Positions 1-11,241 of a stretch of DNA of 64,000 nt are shown piece after piece. Under the pieces are notes generated by a model. It did not search any database. It worked only from the letters and a program-made list of their open reading frames with translations, and had not been told where the DNA came from. Each line of letters begins with the position of its first letter. Position 1 is the stretch's first letter. The DNA lies in contig NC_042997.1 of NCBI RefSeq assembly GCF_006345805.1, positions 205,902,001 through 205,966,000 of the forward strand, written 5' to 3'. Position numbers and translations under genes: made by a program. This DNA comes from Octopus sinensis (lineage: Eukaryota).

Positions 1-179
1 AAGGGACACAGAAAAAAAACAAGGAGAGAAAAAATGCGTGTAGTAGCTAACAATCTATCATGGCGTCTTGACTTCGGACAATGGTCAGACGCGAGAGGGA
101 CAGTAGGGGAGATAACAGGGTCAAGTGACTTCTAATACGTAGGTGCCCCCAACACAAAGGTGCGTGTGTGTATAAGAGA

Positions 180-432
180 GTATGTATGTGCGTGTGAAAG
201 AGGTCTGGTGGTCTGGACGTGTGTGTGTATGTATGTGTGGGTGTAAAGATGTGGGGATGGGTGTGTGGGTGGTGTGTTGTGAAGTGATATGTGTATGTAT
301 GTGTAGGTGTAGAGATGTGGGGATGGGTGTGGGGGGAGGGGTATGGGATAGTGGTGAGGCATGTGGGATAGGGGTGAGGTGTGTGGGGGAAGGGGGTGGA
401 AGGTGGAGTATATATATATATATATACATATA
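180..432. repeat. GT/GGT-rich low-complexity tract ending in (TA)n
   Basis: Degenerate (GT)n, gtgggg and (TA)n runs. ORFs 121..429, 132..362 and 182..448 are artefacts of this tract. Confidence 0.9.
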
Positions 433-817
433 TATTACTCCTAACTAAATTATGGGAAACTATATAACGGCTTTTTCCTCAGTATCATGCGTTTGACATA
501 TGGATGCCTTGAAAAGATCTAAGAAGTCACTATACTTTCATAAATTTCCTAGTGTAACAGGAGAGAATAACAGGTGGGGACTTGTGGGAAAATGGGGATT
601 CGGTTTCAAATCCTAACTTACAAAGCTGGTAGCTATCTGCTACATATGTATATTATGTGTGTGTGTGTGTGTGCGTGTGTGTGTGTGTGTACACACACAT
701 ACTGAATTTTTGTGGAAAAAACACGCCAACAAGTGTGTGAGCGTACACAAACTGAAGAAAAACCATGCCAACTAGTGGCCACCATTAGAGAACACCAAGT
801 ATAGCGAGGAGAGTGTC

Positions 818-834
818 AAAAATGAAAGTGAAAT
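818..834 (+). promoter_or_regulatory. IRF-element-like motif (AAAAATGAAAGTGAAAT)
   Basis: Matches the tandem AANNGAAA / GAAAGTGAAA IRF consensus. Lies ~130 bp upstream of the GAS cluster. Confidence 0.45.
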
Positions 835-932
835 CTTCTCTAACCTACATTCGACTTCATTTCCTATAAAAAAAACTATCTCCAGCTTTTCTTCTTTTGA
901 AAAGTTGTTTTTTTTTTTATGTCGTCTGTTTT

Positions 933-1101
933 AGATAATAATAAAACTTTATCACAAAGTTTTCTTGGAAAATAAATTGTGTAAAAGAGGGCAGAGGGGA
1001 AGTGGTTTTTCTCGGAAGATAATGATAAACTTCTATCACAAAGTTTTCTTGGAAAATAAATTGTATAAAAGAGGGCAGAGGGTAAGTGTTTTTTCTGGGA
1101 A
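933..1101. promoter_or_regulatory. 84-bp tandem duplication carrying four GAS (STAT) palindromes
   Basis: TTCTTGGAA 962-970, TTCTCGGAA 1009-1017, TTCTTGGAA 1046-1054, TTCTGGGAA 1093-1101. Sites 1/3 and 2/4 are each exactly 84 bp apart. Confidence 0.6.
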
Positions 1102-1139
1102 AACCATTGATGTCATACAAAGTTGTTGTTAAACCAAAC

Positions 1140-1203
1140 GACAGCTTAAAAACGATTAGATAAAGATTATTCAAGTTTCAGTTTTACTCAGAGTTGTTAC
1201 GAG
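1140..1203 (+). other. Putative non-coding first exon of the PARP14-like gene (start not defined)
   Basis: Consensus donor GAG|GTAAGT at 1203/1204, just downstream of the GAS/ISRE cluster in a CpG-retaining region. No transcript evidence. An alternative donor AGG|GTAAGT lies at 1081/1082. Confidence 0.35.
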
Positions 1204-1220
1204 GTAAGTTTTCGTTTTAC
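1174..1220 (+). promoter_or_regulatory. Two ISRE-like motifs (AGTTTCAGTTTT at 1174-1185; AAGTTTTCGTTTTAC at ~1206-1220)
   Basis: The first is one mismatch from AGTTTCNNTTTC. The second reads AAAACGAAA on the minus strand. Confidence 0.35.
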
Positions 1221-1317
1221 ATCTCTCCATTGCTTTACAAATATTTCACAAAATCGCTTTCAATGCTTTTCACTACATTATAACTACGTGGATTTGTTGT
1301 TTCTTCTCCGTTTTCAG

Positions 1318-1377
1318 AATGTGTGTGTGTCTGTGTGTCTGTGTGTGTGCACGCGCGCGAATTTCCAAGTTTTGTAG
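1318..1377 (+). other. Putative small 5' exon containing a (TG)n microsatellite
   Basis: Strong pyrimidine tract plus acceptor (ttgttgtttcttctccgttttcAG, 1316-1317) and donor AG|GTATGT at 1377/1378. Confidence 0.25.
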
Positions 1378-1723
1378 GTATGTGTGATGTGTGTCATTAT
1401 GTATGTCTGCAAAGCCATCGATATTTTCTCTCTTCAAGCGAATCTACAGCTTCTGAAAGTTATGAAGAAACAAAACCGACGAAGGGGCACATGTGTAGGT
1501 ATGCCATGTTTTTCTGGTCATAAACTGGTGACCGGTAATAAAGTCACAAATAATTTATGTTCCCTCCCCCTAGGATAATCCCCCCAACGGACAAAACCCC
1601 CACCGTTTTCCTGTGACTTTTTTTTCATGTGGATTCCATAAAATTATGTTGAAAGTTTGAACGCGTGTCAAGCTCGAAATGGCAGCCAAATCTCCTCATA
1701 TAGGCCACACCCTAGAAGGACAA

Positions 1724-1912
1724 GCGAAATACTTAGTGGTATTTCATCTGTCTTTACTTTCTGAGTTCAAATTCCACCAAAGTCTTTGCCTTTCATCCTT
1801 TCGGGGTCGATAAATTAAGTACCAGTTGCATCCTGGGATTGATCTAATAGACTGGCCTCCCCACAAAAAGTTTCGGGCCTTGTGCCTAGAGTGGAAAAGA
1901 ATATTGAAGACG
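1724..1912 (+). mobile_element. tRNA-derived SINE, family A
   Basis: Core ttctgagttcaaattcc...cctttcatcctttcggggtcgataaattaagtaccagttg...ggccttgtgcctagag, repeated several times in the window. Confidence 0.8.
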
Positions 1913-2370
1913 ATGGAGTTTTGTGGCAAATGACCGCCGCCCCAGTAGAATGAAAATATAGCAAATCCGGGCTAGGTTTGAAACAGGAGTTGTAGTGAGA
2001 AGCAATCGAAAAGGTATGTGGAAACTTGTTTGGATTTGGTTTGAGAGAATCTCTGAATAAACAGATTTTATTTTTCTTTCGGTTCTATATTAATTGATGT
2101 AATACACCATACATACATACACACAGATATAGTATACATTTCATACATATACACACACATATACAAAACCTGTATACATTGATAAATGCAGGGTGGGAGG
2201 GACAAGTTCGAAGTTTGAAGTGCCATGTGGTTTTTAGCGAAATCGGAATAATTTGGTATCATCGAAAACGTGGGAATTATTTATCCAAGATTTCCCAACA
2301 GGTTTTCTATTAATTGAAGCCGCTTTAGTAAAAGGTTACTCTGTAATGTTTGTTGATCACGGAAATATAT

Positions 2371-2519
2371 ATTTCTTTACTACCCACAAGGGGCTAAACA
2401 CAGAGGGGACAAACAAGGACAGACAAACAGATTAAGTCGATTATATCGACCCCAGTGCGTAACTGGTACTTATTTAATCGACCCCAAAAGGATCTAACGT
2501 TTCTGCCAGCTCGCCGCCC
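2371..2519 (-). mobile_element. Internally deleted SINE family A copy with 18-bp target-site duplication
   Basis: ttgatcacggaaatatat at 2353-2370 and 2520-2537 flanks a reverse-oriented SINE head fused to the core. Confidence 0.75.
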
Positions 2520-2600
2520 TTGATCACGGAAATATATTTACACGTTACGTCATCTTCTTTTTACAGCTATTCATTTTCTGCCTTAATTTTATTGTCACTC

Positions 2601-2800
2601 ATAAGGCAGCAAGCTGGCAAAATCGTTAGCACGTCGGGCGAAATGCTTAGCAGTATTTCGTTTGTCTTTATGTTCTGAGTTCAAGTTTCTCCGAGGTCGA
2701 CCCTGCCTTTCATCCTTTCGGGATCGATAAATTAAGTGCCAGTTGCGTATTGTTGTAGGTCTAATCGGCTGGCCCCTTGTCCCTAGATTAAAAGAAAAAT
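2601..2800 (+). mobile_element. SINE family A, near full length
   Basis: Head aaggcagcaagctggcaaaatcgttagcacgtcgggcgaaatgc plus the same core as 1724-1912, with CpGs retained. Confidence 0.8.
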
Positions 2801-3529
2801 TGATTAATGTTTACATCTTGCCCCAGAAATGAAAATAAAAAAAAATACTGGAATGGATGTAAAGCAAAGTGTAGGAAACGAATATGGAAAAAAAAATGCG
2901 CGCAAAGCAACGGGAGGGTGAGGAGAGGACTTCGGAAAATTCACAACATCCGAGCTTTTCCTTCGTAACTTTTTGGAAAATGGGGATTTTTTAATGAAAT
3001 TTTATTAAAAAAAATACCATTCAAAGGGCATAGAATACAATTATAAAGAATTTCGTGAGTAAAATCTTTTCCAAGGGGGTGGGGAGAGGGCTTCGGAAAA
3101 TTCACAAAATCCGAGTTTTTATTTGTTGTTGTTGTTGTTACTATTGCTGCTGCTGCTGTTGTTGCCGCAGCCATACTGTGAAGACATGGAAATTTGGTGC
3201 TCTATAAGTTGAAAAGCTGGCCTTCTAAAGCCCCGTCTTTTCAATACCTTTGTTACCGTTACATTTCTGAGATTGTCTGAACTGTGTAGAAAGTATTTTT
3301 GTGTTGAAGCACCTGCTGTTTTGCAGGACGTGTGCTTCAATAATGTTTGAATTTTAACCGCCTTCAGCAGAAACAAATATATCGCAATTTTCTGTAGTTA
3401 TTTCAAGATGGCTGATAAAGAAGCCATCATAATTTTCGAGAAAGGAATGCATTCCTAGTCGGGAAAAAATGAGAATGAGGAAAGAACTTAGAATATGAAT
3501 ATTGAATGACCTAGACTTAATGACATGAG

Positions 3530-3905
3530 GAAGAAACTAATTCTGAGCACCTTTTCAAACTCCACCCATCTAACACCCATGGACATGTTTACAAAGTCAG
3601 AAAACAGCACAGCTCCCATGACTTTCGGAAATATTTTTTCACGCTAAGAGTTGCTGAAGCATGGAACAAACTGCCAGCATCAGTTGTTAGTTGTCGGAGC
3701 ACTGCATCCTTCAAAACTTCCATGCTTCCTGAGATTCGCCAATACTACACCTGATTTTCTCCCCTCCATAAACACGCAAGCATGTATCTGACTCATACAC
3801 TGTTCACTTCCCAGACATTTGTACCTTACTGCAGATGCTTTATACGCACTTTTGACAAGTTGTGGTGCACCTGAGCACTGTATACAATAATTTCGTTATA
3901 TATTA
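3530..3905 (+). mobile_element. CR1-clade LINE 3' end
   Basis: Translates to HGHVYKVRKQHSSHDFRKYFFTLRVAEAWNKLPASVVSCRSTASFKTSM, the CR1 ORF2 C-terminal FF..RV...WN.LP..VV motif, followed by a 3' UTR. Confidence 0.8.
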
Positions 3906-3959
3906 TAAAAAATGTTTCACCTCTAAGCAACGTCAAAACTTTCAGTGTCAACTATGAGA

Positions 3960-6190
3960 ACAACAGCAACAACAATACAAAACAAATGAAACATAAAAAA
4001 TGCAAATATCGCCTCTGGGTCTTTTGCATCTGCAGTGGGAAATATGGAAAATTTCAATAGATGAAGAAGAATTAAAATTGGCAAGAAAAATTGTAAAAAG
4101 AGATGGGAGAAGGATAACACTAAACCCTCCATCTGACGTGATTGATGGAGGGTTTAGAGTTACCCTTCTCCCAGCAAGAATGGCCCTTGACCATTTCTTT
4201 GAGCCAAAACATGAAGGGTGCATTATCAGAGCTGAGGTCTATGCACTAAAACACGAAAGAACTAAAGCTATTCCATGGGCCCGAACTGTGGAGACAGAAT
4301 GTGGAAAAAAACCCACAATCGAGTCTTTGACGGATGAGGATAAATACGTGCTATTTGATTCTGAGCAGATGTCTGTGGCTTTCCAGCAGCACTTTGCATG
4401 GCTGTTTGGAGAGCATGATGGGTTGACGACAGTAGCGAACTTTATTTTGTACTTGGATGGTCTACCACCGCTCTCAGTGACGAACAGTAGATTCTGCAGA
4501 AAGCTGATTACAGCCTCTGAAATACAGGAAGTGGTGAGCTATTGCACAGTTGCAAATCATGTGGTTTGGATGGTTTGCACCACGAATTCTATGTTTACAT
4601 GCAAGATTTATTTGGAAGCCTCTTGCCAGATGTCTACAATAACTGGCAGCCGAACGGAAGAATTCCTAGTGCCCTTAGCCAGGGTGTGGTAATACTACTG
4701 GGAAAGGATGCCGACAATGGGGACATACTAGGGAATTTTAGGCCATAACTCTGCTAAACACAGAGTTTAAGATTTTGGTCAAGTTATTTGTGAAAAAGTT
4801 GGCACTTGTCATTGTTAGTCTCGTCGGGGAGGCACAAATGTACACAATCTTGAGTAGGTCTATCCATGACAATCTCCACCTTATGTGATACATTGTAGAG
4901 AGAGATGGAATTAAAGCTAGTTCCTGTAAAACCTGATCAATTTAGATCAGTCAAAAGCTTTCAATAGAGTAGACCATCACAACTTGGAAGCCATCCTTAA
5001 AACAGCCAGTTTTTGACTCATTTTCAGATGCTGGATTGCTGCAATGCACAGCAGCACCTGCCACCTATCTGAACCATTTAGGATCGCTTGTTCGGTCCAT
5101 CAGGGCTGCTCACTGTCACCTCTTCTGTACGAGCTGGCTCTCAAACCACTACTGTGGAAGTTGGAACAGTCAAGAGACCTCCCTTTCAAAATTGGACTAA
5201 GTGGGGGTGCATATGCAAGTTATATCATCGTCATAGTGTTGGATGCCTCCAAAGTAGAAACAGTCAGCCCCATTGTAAAGGAATATGAGTTAGTTGCAGG
5301 GGCTAAAACCAATGCCAGCAAGTCAGTGGGATCATGATTGGGCACCTGGAGAGGCAGATCGATGCCGTCGGACGCTGGGCTGATGGACCACTTAAACTGC
5401 TTGGGATCTGGTATGTTACCGAACTCCAGAATTGGGAAAAGGTGATGAACAGGGTGACCTGTCTTACCCAGAAATGGGCATAGTGGAAGCTGTCCCTGAA
5501 AGGTCGAGCAGAGGTGACAAATGCGTATGTCGCCTCTGTTAATATTTATTGTCTGACCGTCGCACTTACCTCAGTTCTCGTTGGATCAGATTGGAACTTC
5601 TGTTTATTTTCTTGTAGGAGTGATATGTTCCAATGGTCAAGTGGTCAGTTTGCTGCCAACTCCCTCTGTGTGGCAGCTTAAGCATGCCATGGCTTTTGAT
5701 GTGCAGACACACACTCAGATTGCACCGTCTGCTGCGATTTCTAGAAGGTGAACATGTATGGACTGTTTGTGAGACACGTCTTTCCATAGCTTGTCTCTTT
5801 GATGGAAATGGGTAAAGGATAGGCCAAGAATGGGCGCCTGACACTTAGAATGTCATCAGGCCTGCTCTGTCCTCAGGCAATAGGATAGGTTGATCTTCCA
5901 CTTCAGATATTTACAGAGGATTAGTAGCAGGGAAGTGTGATGATGTCCTCCGGGGGACCCTAGGTGTCAGTGAAGATGAACTGGCAAGTCTATTCCAAAG
6001 GACTTTCCAGTCGGGGACCATTGTGGATAATTTCCAGATGTCTTTGGCCTGGTAGTGCTACCAGTGGAGGGGATGCTATCAGTTTGCGATAAACTCTACA
6101 GGCATGGATGTGCTCACCGAGAAATGAAACCAATCTGCATACATTTGTTCAGGGTCTCAGTATTGCTGACTTGTTGAATTATGTTGAACA
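3960..6190 (+). mobile_element. Degraded Tx1/L1-like non-LTR retrotransposon ORF2 (RT)
   Basis: NFRPITLLNTEFKIL, DQSKAFNRVDH and SVHQGCSLSPLLYELAL RT motifs in broken frames (ORFs 4000..4692, 5044..5337). Confidence 0.85.
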
Positions 6191-6464
6191 GCTGCTGTTG
6201 TGCTACACACAAATTCATCTGTCATCCAAGTCCATAATGCTTCCAAGGGAAATAACCCATTCCTTCTCGAAAATAACCACCAAGGGAAATAACCCATTCA
6301 TCTTCAGTATGCTTATTTCTTAGTATTTGAACTATTTTAGTTATTTTCTCAATTTATCCAGTGCAACCCTTAAACAAGTAAATAGTATTTTCCTAAACAA
6401 TAAATCCACTTATTTCGGTTAGTGATTTATTCACGAATATACCAACACTAGTACCGCTGAGGGT

Positions 6465-6800
6465 AATATTCTCTGGGAACGCACAAAAGCCCTTTTCAGA
6501 GTTATATACTTTGAAGTGTTATTATCTCATACCTCTTATTACGTAACATGTTTCACAATTTTAGTATACATACCGTATTAGTATTTCTTCCCAAGTTCTA
6601 TATATTCTGGGAATGCAATAAAGTCCCTTTCAGGGCTACTTTATTTGAACTCTTACTATCGGGTTACTAATTATTACATAGCTGACTTCACAATTTGGGC
6701 ATTCGTAACTTATTGGGAATTCCTAAAAACAAGATCCTGTGTAAGACAGTTCGGTATTCTCTGTAAATGCACAAAACCGTTTTAAGGGCTACATACTTTG
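6465..6800. repeat. Three degenerate ~140-bp direct repeats
   Basis: attctctgggaacgcacaaaagcccttttcagagttatatactttg-like unit recurs near 6467, 6604 and 6757. Confidence 0.5.
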
Positions 6801-7220
6801 TATTGCTGTTACTGGATTAGTGAAACAGTTATGAGAACGGAACCAAGGGATAAGCCTGCTTTCCCGGGAATTACCAGATATGTCAGCTAGTACTTTTTAT
6901 TTTATCATTCCACTATATGTAAACCCCTTTGCTGGGTTTTGTTTTTACTTCCACAGGGTGTCAAAAATCCACCGTGCTCATCAAGTAAGTTTAGTGGGGT
7001 TGCTAGTTTAGTTGTCGATGACTCGATGGTTTCACAACTCCATCTGTTAACCATTCTGGCTAATTATCAATCTGGGTGATTATTTACTCATTCACTATTA
7101 TCATTTCACTTTTACTACTATAATCCCTATCTTATTATTTATTAGTTCACTACTGTAGTTTCACAATTATTACTATTTATAATGATGTTATTATTATAAG
7201 GCTGAGTCGGTCTTATAGTC

Positions 7221-7232
7221 ATATTATTATTA

Positions 7233-7280
<48 letters not shown>
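7221..7280. repeat. (TTA)n microsatellite
   Basis: Direct reading. Confidence 0.95.
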
Positions 7281-7282
<2 letters not shown>

Positions 7283-7499
7283 GGCCATCAGCCTATCAAG
7301 CCTTGCTCAACATCACTCTGTTGATTTTGCAAGGAGGAACATATTTAAGTGTATTTGCACCCTTCAGTCCTTGTGCCATCACGGACGACAGGCTGGTTGC
7401 TATCTAGTGGTGAGTTTTATTTTCCTGTTTGTCCCCCAGAGGGATGGCTCAATTAATTTTGCTTTCCTATCTGGAGTTGTTTGAGCTTTCCCCATCTTC

Positions 7500-8900
7500 A
7501 AGGAGAAGGCACATCAAAACACAGTGATGCTCATATGTGAGAGAGGGGGAGAGAGTAAGGAGTGTCTCAAGACGTTCATAAGAGAGAGTGAAAGAGCGAC
7601 GAGCAATGGTATGCTTTGTGAAAAGACAGACGACAGCTGTATTTTGGTTCAAAAAGGAATAGGGAAGACAACAGGGCAAATTTCTTGTGAGAAGGATTTC
7701 TTGGGGGTTCTTTGGAAAGTTGGCAGCTCTGTTTCCAAAAACATAGTTCAAAGTCAAAGTGGCAACTGCGGAGATGTGAACGGTGAGCAAAGTGAAGCAT
7801 GATGCAAAAGCATTAGCAACAGCAGCAACAGCAACAACAACAGCATCACCACCACCACCACTACCACCAACAACAATAGCAGGGGTGATAACAACAACAA
7901 CATTGGCTGCAGCGAAAGCAACAACAAAAGTGATGAAAGAGTTGAAGAACAGGCTGGTGCAATGCCTTGGAATGGCTCTAAACCTTTCTTCGCTTATGCC
8001 ACCAAGATGTCTCTTCACAGAATCAGATTCTCTGAAGAGAAGAGAAAGTTATAAATGCCAGACAGGTAGTTAAGAGAGAAGGACTAGCTGTAAAGCTAAA
8101 TACTCCCTTTCAGGCTATCCAGGATACAATATGTTTCCAAGTGACGTACTGTACAATCAGATTAAAATCAAAGAGAGTAGAAAGCACCACAGAGGTTCAA
8201 ATACAAAAAGCTTTAGGTTTCTTCTAGAATCTAAAGGAATATATACAGAGAGGAAGGGTCTGTGGAATGGTGGAGGTCTGATTTCGCACTGAGGCGGAAA
8301 CTAAGTCTTGCTCTATAAAACCCTACAAAAGTGAGGAGCTGTTGTTGGTTCTTTTCTACTGCGGCCAGAGACTGACCATATCCATTAATCAACATATACC
8401 ATAAAAAATAGCCATTCCTTGGCTAATTGCTGCATTTATGATAGGTATCAAGGAAAACCTGAAAATCTCCAAAGCTTATCAGACCAAAAAAGAGAACTGG
8501 TCTAGGATGATGATAGAACTCCTCATGACCCAAAAGAATGTGGATCTCATCTCACACCAGATCCATCTTCCTGGAGGCAGCATTATTCCAGTCAAGGTGG
8601 ATGGAAGGAAAGCAAAGTGCCACATTTGTTTTCCAACTAATCATTTAAAAGCCTTCTGCCATAGACTGAAAGAAAAAGCGAGACGGACACCTCTCCTCCC
8701 TACACCAACAACGGCCACCAGATCTCCAGTGACAACAGCAGCATCACCATCAGCAGGTTCAGCCATGGCACCACCAATACCAACCATACTGATACTTAGT
8801 TCTCTCAGACACTTCTCAGCCCCCAGACATGTTCCACTTCCCGATGTGAAACTGATTGACACACAGATGGAGAGTTGGATCAAGATGAGGAGAGGGAGTT
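7500..8900 (+). mobile_element. Tx1/L1-like ORF1 remnant with zinc knuckle
   Basis: ORF 8438..8902 contains VKVDGRKAKCHICFPTNHLKAFC (CX2CX4HX4C), flanked by Ala/Thr/Pro low-complexity tracts. Confidence 0.65.
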
Positions 8901-9079
8901 AAAATCACAAAAAAAAAAAAAAGCAGAAAAGGAACAGAAAGACAAACATGCATATGGACAAATGAGAACAATCTTCATCCACAAAAGAAGTAAAAAGAAC
9001 AAAAACAAATACAACCCAAACAAACACTGCATCGACACCACTACCTCTAACACCTGAAACACAAGCCATCCCACACACA

Positions 9080-10130
9080 CAGTTCTTACCTGCAGTTGGT
9101 AAACGTAAAAATTCATCACTGTTAATGTTTGTCCATTTGATATCTTCATATTGACCTGTCAACCATCTAATCCCTCCGGTAGTAGCAGAACATAATGCAG
9201 TGGATCGTATGATCAGTGGATAGAGTTTATTCACTGAACATGTCCATTATGACAGTGTATGATTACATCTAGAGGGTTCTTGATATCATCCGGAACCAAT
9301 GCAGCCTCCTCTGGATTCATAGACAAGTTGTTCCGGCAACAGTGAGCCTTGGATGGTTTGAGCTTTTTGTCACGGTGTAGAAGGATTGAAATAACTTCAG
9401 TTATCGAAAGTTCTACAGCATCTTGAAATGATGCTAAACATGGATTTACTTGCTGAATATAACCTTGTAGTGTCATGAATATATCTGCCTGCAAATCATT
9501 CATGTTTCATCTGATTCTTGTAGTGTGTATCAAAGAAGTACAGCTGTGCGAATGATGGCACTTGACTGGCTTCTGGCATTAAACTTCGAATGGCGTGATA
9601 TACTTTACCTTGGATCTTAAATGTGAGATTAAATCAACAACACAACGAATCTGTGTGCATTATTAAACTCTCGAATATTTGTTATGAAATTGTTATCATT
9701 CCATAATGACACACTGTCTGCCAACAAATTCAGAATGGGTTCCAGCTGAACTTTACCATTTTGTAACAGAGGGAAAGTGGTTCTGCTGGCCAGTGCTTTC
9801 AATAACAATGTGGGCATAGGTAATCACCCAAGCTTCCGCAGTAGTGAGAATGGTATGATAATGGAATATTACTCTCGATAAAGTTTTCCTGAATCGCTGT
9901 CAATCTGTAATCCACTCATTGTCATATCCAGCGAGGGAAATGCTAACCAAGGCATTATCTTTCACGTGTTCTGAAGCTCTAACTTGAGGATTCCTCTGTG
10001 TTATTTGGCAAGCTAGCGTATCCCTGCCATGTTCTGATGCTCTTACTTCTGTATCACGGGGAATTCTATGACCCTCAGTATCCTTATTCTATTGGGCTTG
10101 TCTGTATTCACTGTTAGATTGTCTCTTACG
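9080..10130 (-). mobile_element. Helitron RepHel N-terminal fragment
   Basis: Minus-strand pieces NGKVQLEP...NFITNIREFNNA, DIFMTLQGYIQQVNP...DVIIHCHNGHVQ and LTVMNFYVYQLQVR match conserved Helitron Rep N-terminal blocks. Confidence 0.75.
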
Positions 10131-10429
10131 TTTTATTGTGGCAGCTTTCCTGGTAGTCCTACCAATTCCTGATTACTGTTTCCAGGTCATAATGACATGG
10201 AACCAAGGAAAATTTAATAAAGCATTACACAGCTTTATGCATACAAAATTTTTTTCATTAAAATCCTTCCTGATTACCTCCTTGGTAATTTTGAAAAACA
10301 TTGTGACCATTGGTCCAGCCTTTTCACCATGAAAAGGGTACAGACAGACAGACATAACAGCCTTTATAGGATGATTAATATAGATTGGTAAACCATCCTG
10401 TGACTAAGGCAACTCACTCCTTTCTGATT

Positions 10430-11040
10430 ATATTCAACTTTGAAGATTCTTTATGTAATGCATTGGTAAGGCACCAAAGAATGGCTTGTTGAGAATTTGC
10501 TGAGCCTTGTTGATTGGCCAGTTGTAATCCAAAAGTTGTACATTAGTCTGTTAAAAAACGAAACGAAAAAAAACAGCAACAGGTTTGGTTTCTTTGCTTT
10601 CCACATTTTAGCAGGAGTCACGGTGACTGGCATTGTGACAGGAGTACCACAACCCCAACGAAGCAATTGACCAATCACCATTGCCGTATTATGTGGTTCA
10701 AGACCAAGGTGTTGTTGGCAGAAAACACACTGGGAAAAGACTGTCCAACTGCTGCACATCTTTCTCTGAACCTACTGCACACATATGCAGACTTCACTTG
10801 CTGATGGTAGACACACTGCAGACTCACTTGCATTTTGAGCAAAATCATACAGAGCCCCTTGTTTGCACATTCCATGACAATAACTCCTACCAGCTTAAAA
10901 AATGTACTGTGTTTTTGCTTGCTGTCAACCATTGTCAATTGGTAAACATGTTGATTTTATAAACACAGGCATTTGTGCATTCATTTTCTATCACGTTTGG
11001 CTAACAAGTTATTCAGCTGACTTTGTTAAATGTGAAAATA
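10430..11040 (-). mobile_element. hAT (Charlie/GTF2IRD2-like) transposase fragment
   Basis: LQCVYHQQ...LVLNHIIRQW...LLRWGCG resembles the hAT HCIIHQQ...LNHRQF...VRWLSRG blocks. Heavily decayed. Confidence 0.55.
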
Positions 11041-11241
11041 TCTTTTGTACTTTCTCCCAAACACATGTAAACCTTATTACCTTGCACAATGTTGACAATT
11101 AACCTTTTAGCGTTTAAACTGGCCATATCTGGCCCAAACATATAACATGTTTTATATTTAAACTGGCAAGATCCAGCCCCTAGAACACCTGCCCTACAAT
11201 GTCATGCTAAAAAAATAATCACATTATCACAATGTTTAAAA

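Noticed and set aside
121-448. His/Thr/Pro-rich and Val/Cys-rich ORFs
   Set aside because: Translations of GT microsatellite sequence.
6861-6870. Perfect palindrome TTCCCGGGAA (STAT6-type spacing)
   Set aside because: Isolated site in repeat-like intronic DNA. Such short palindromes are expected by chance in 64 kb.
7467-8073. 183-aa and 96-aa Ala/Thr/Val-rich ORFs
   Set aside because: Trinucleotide low-complexity sequence within a LINE ORF1 remnant, with no independent domain.
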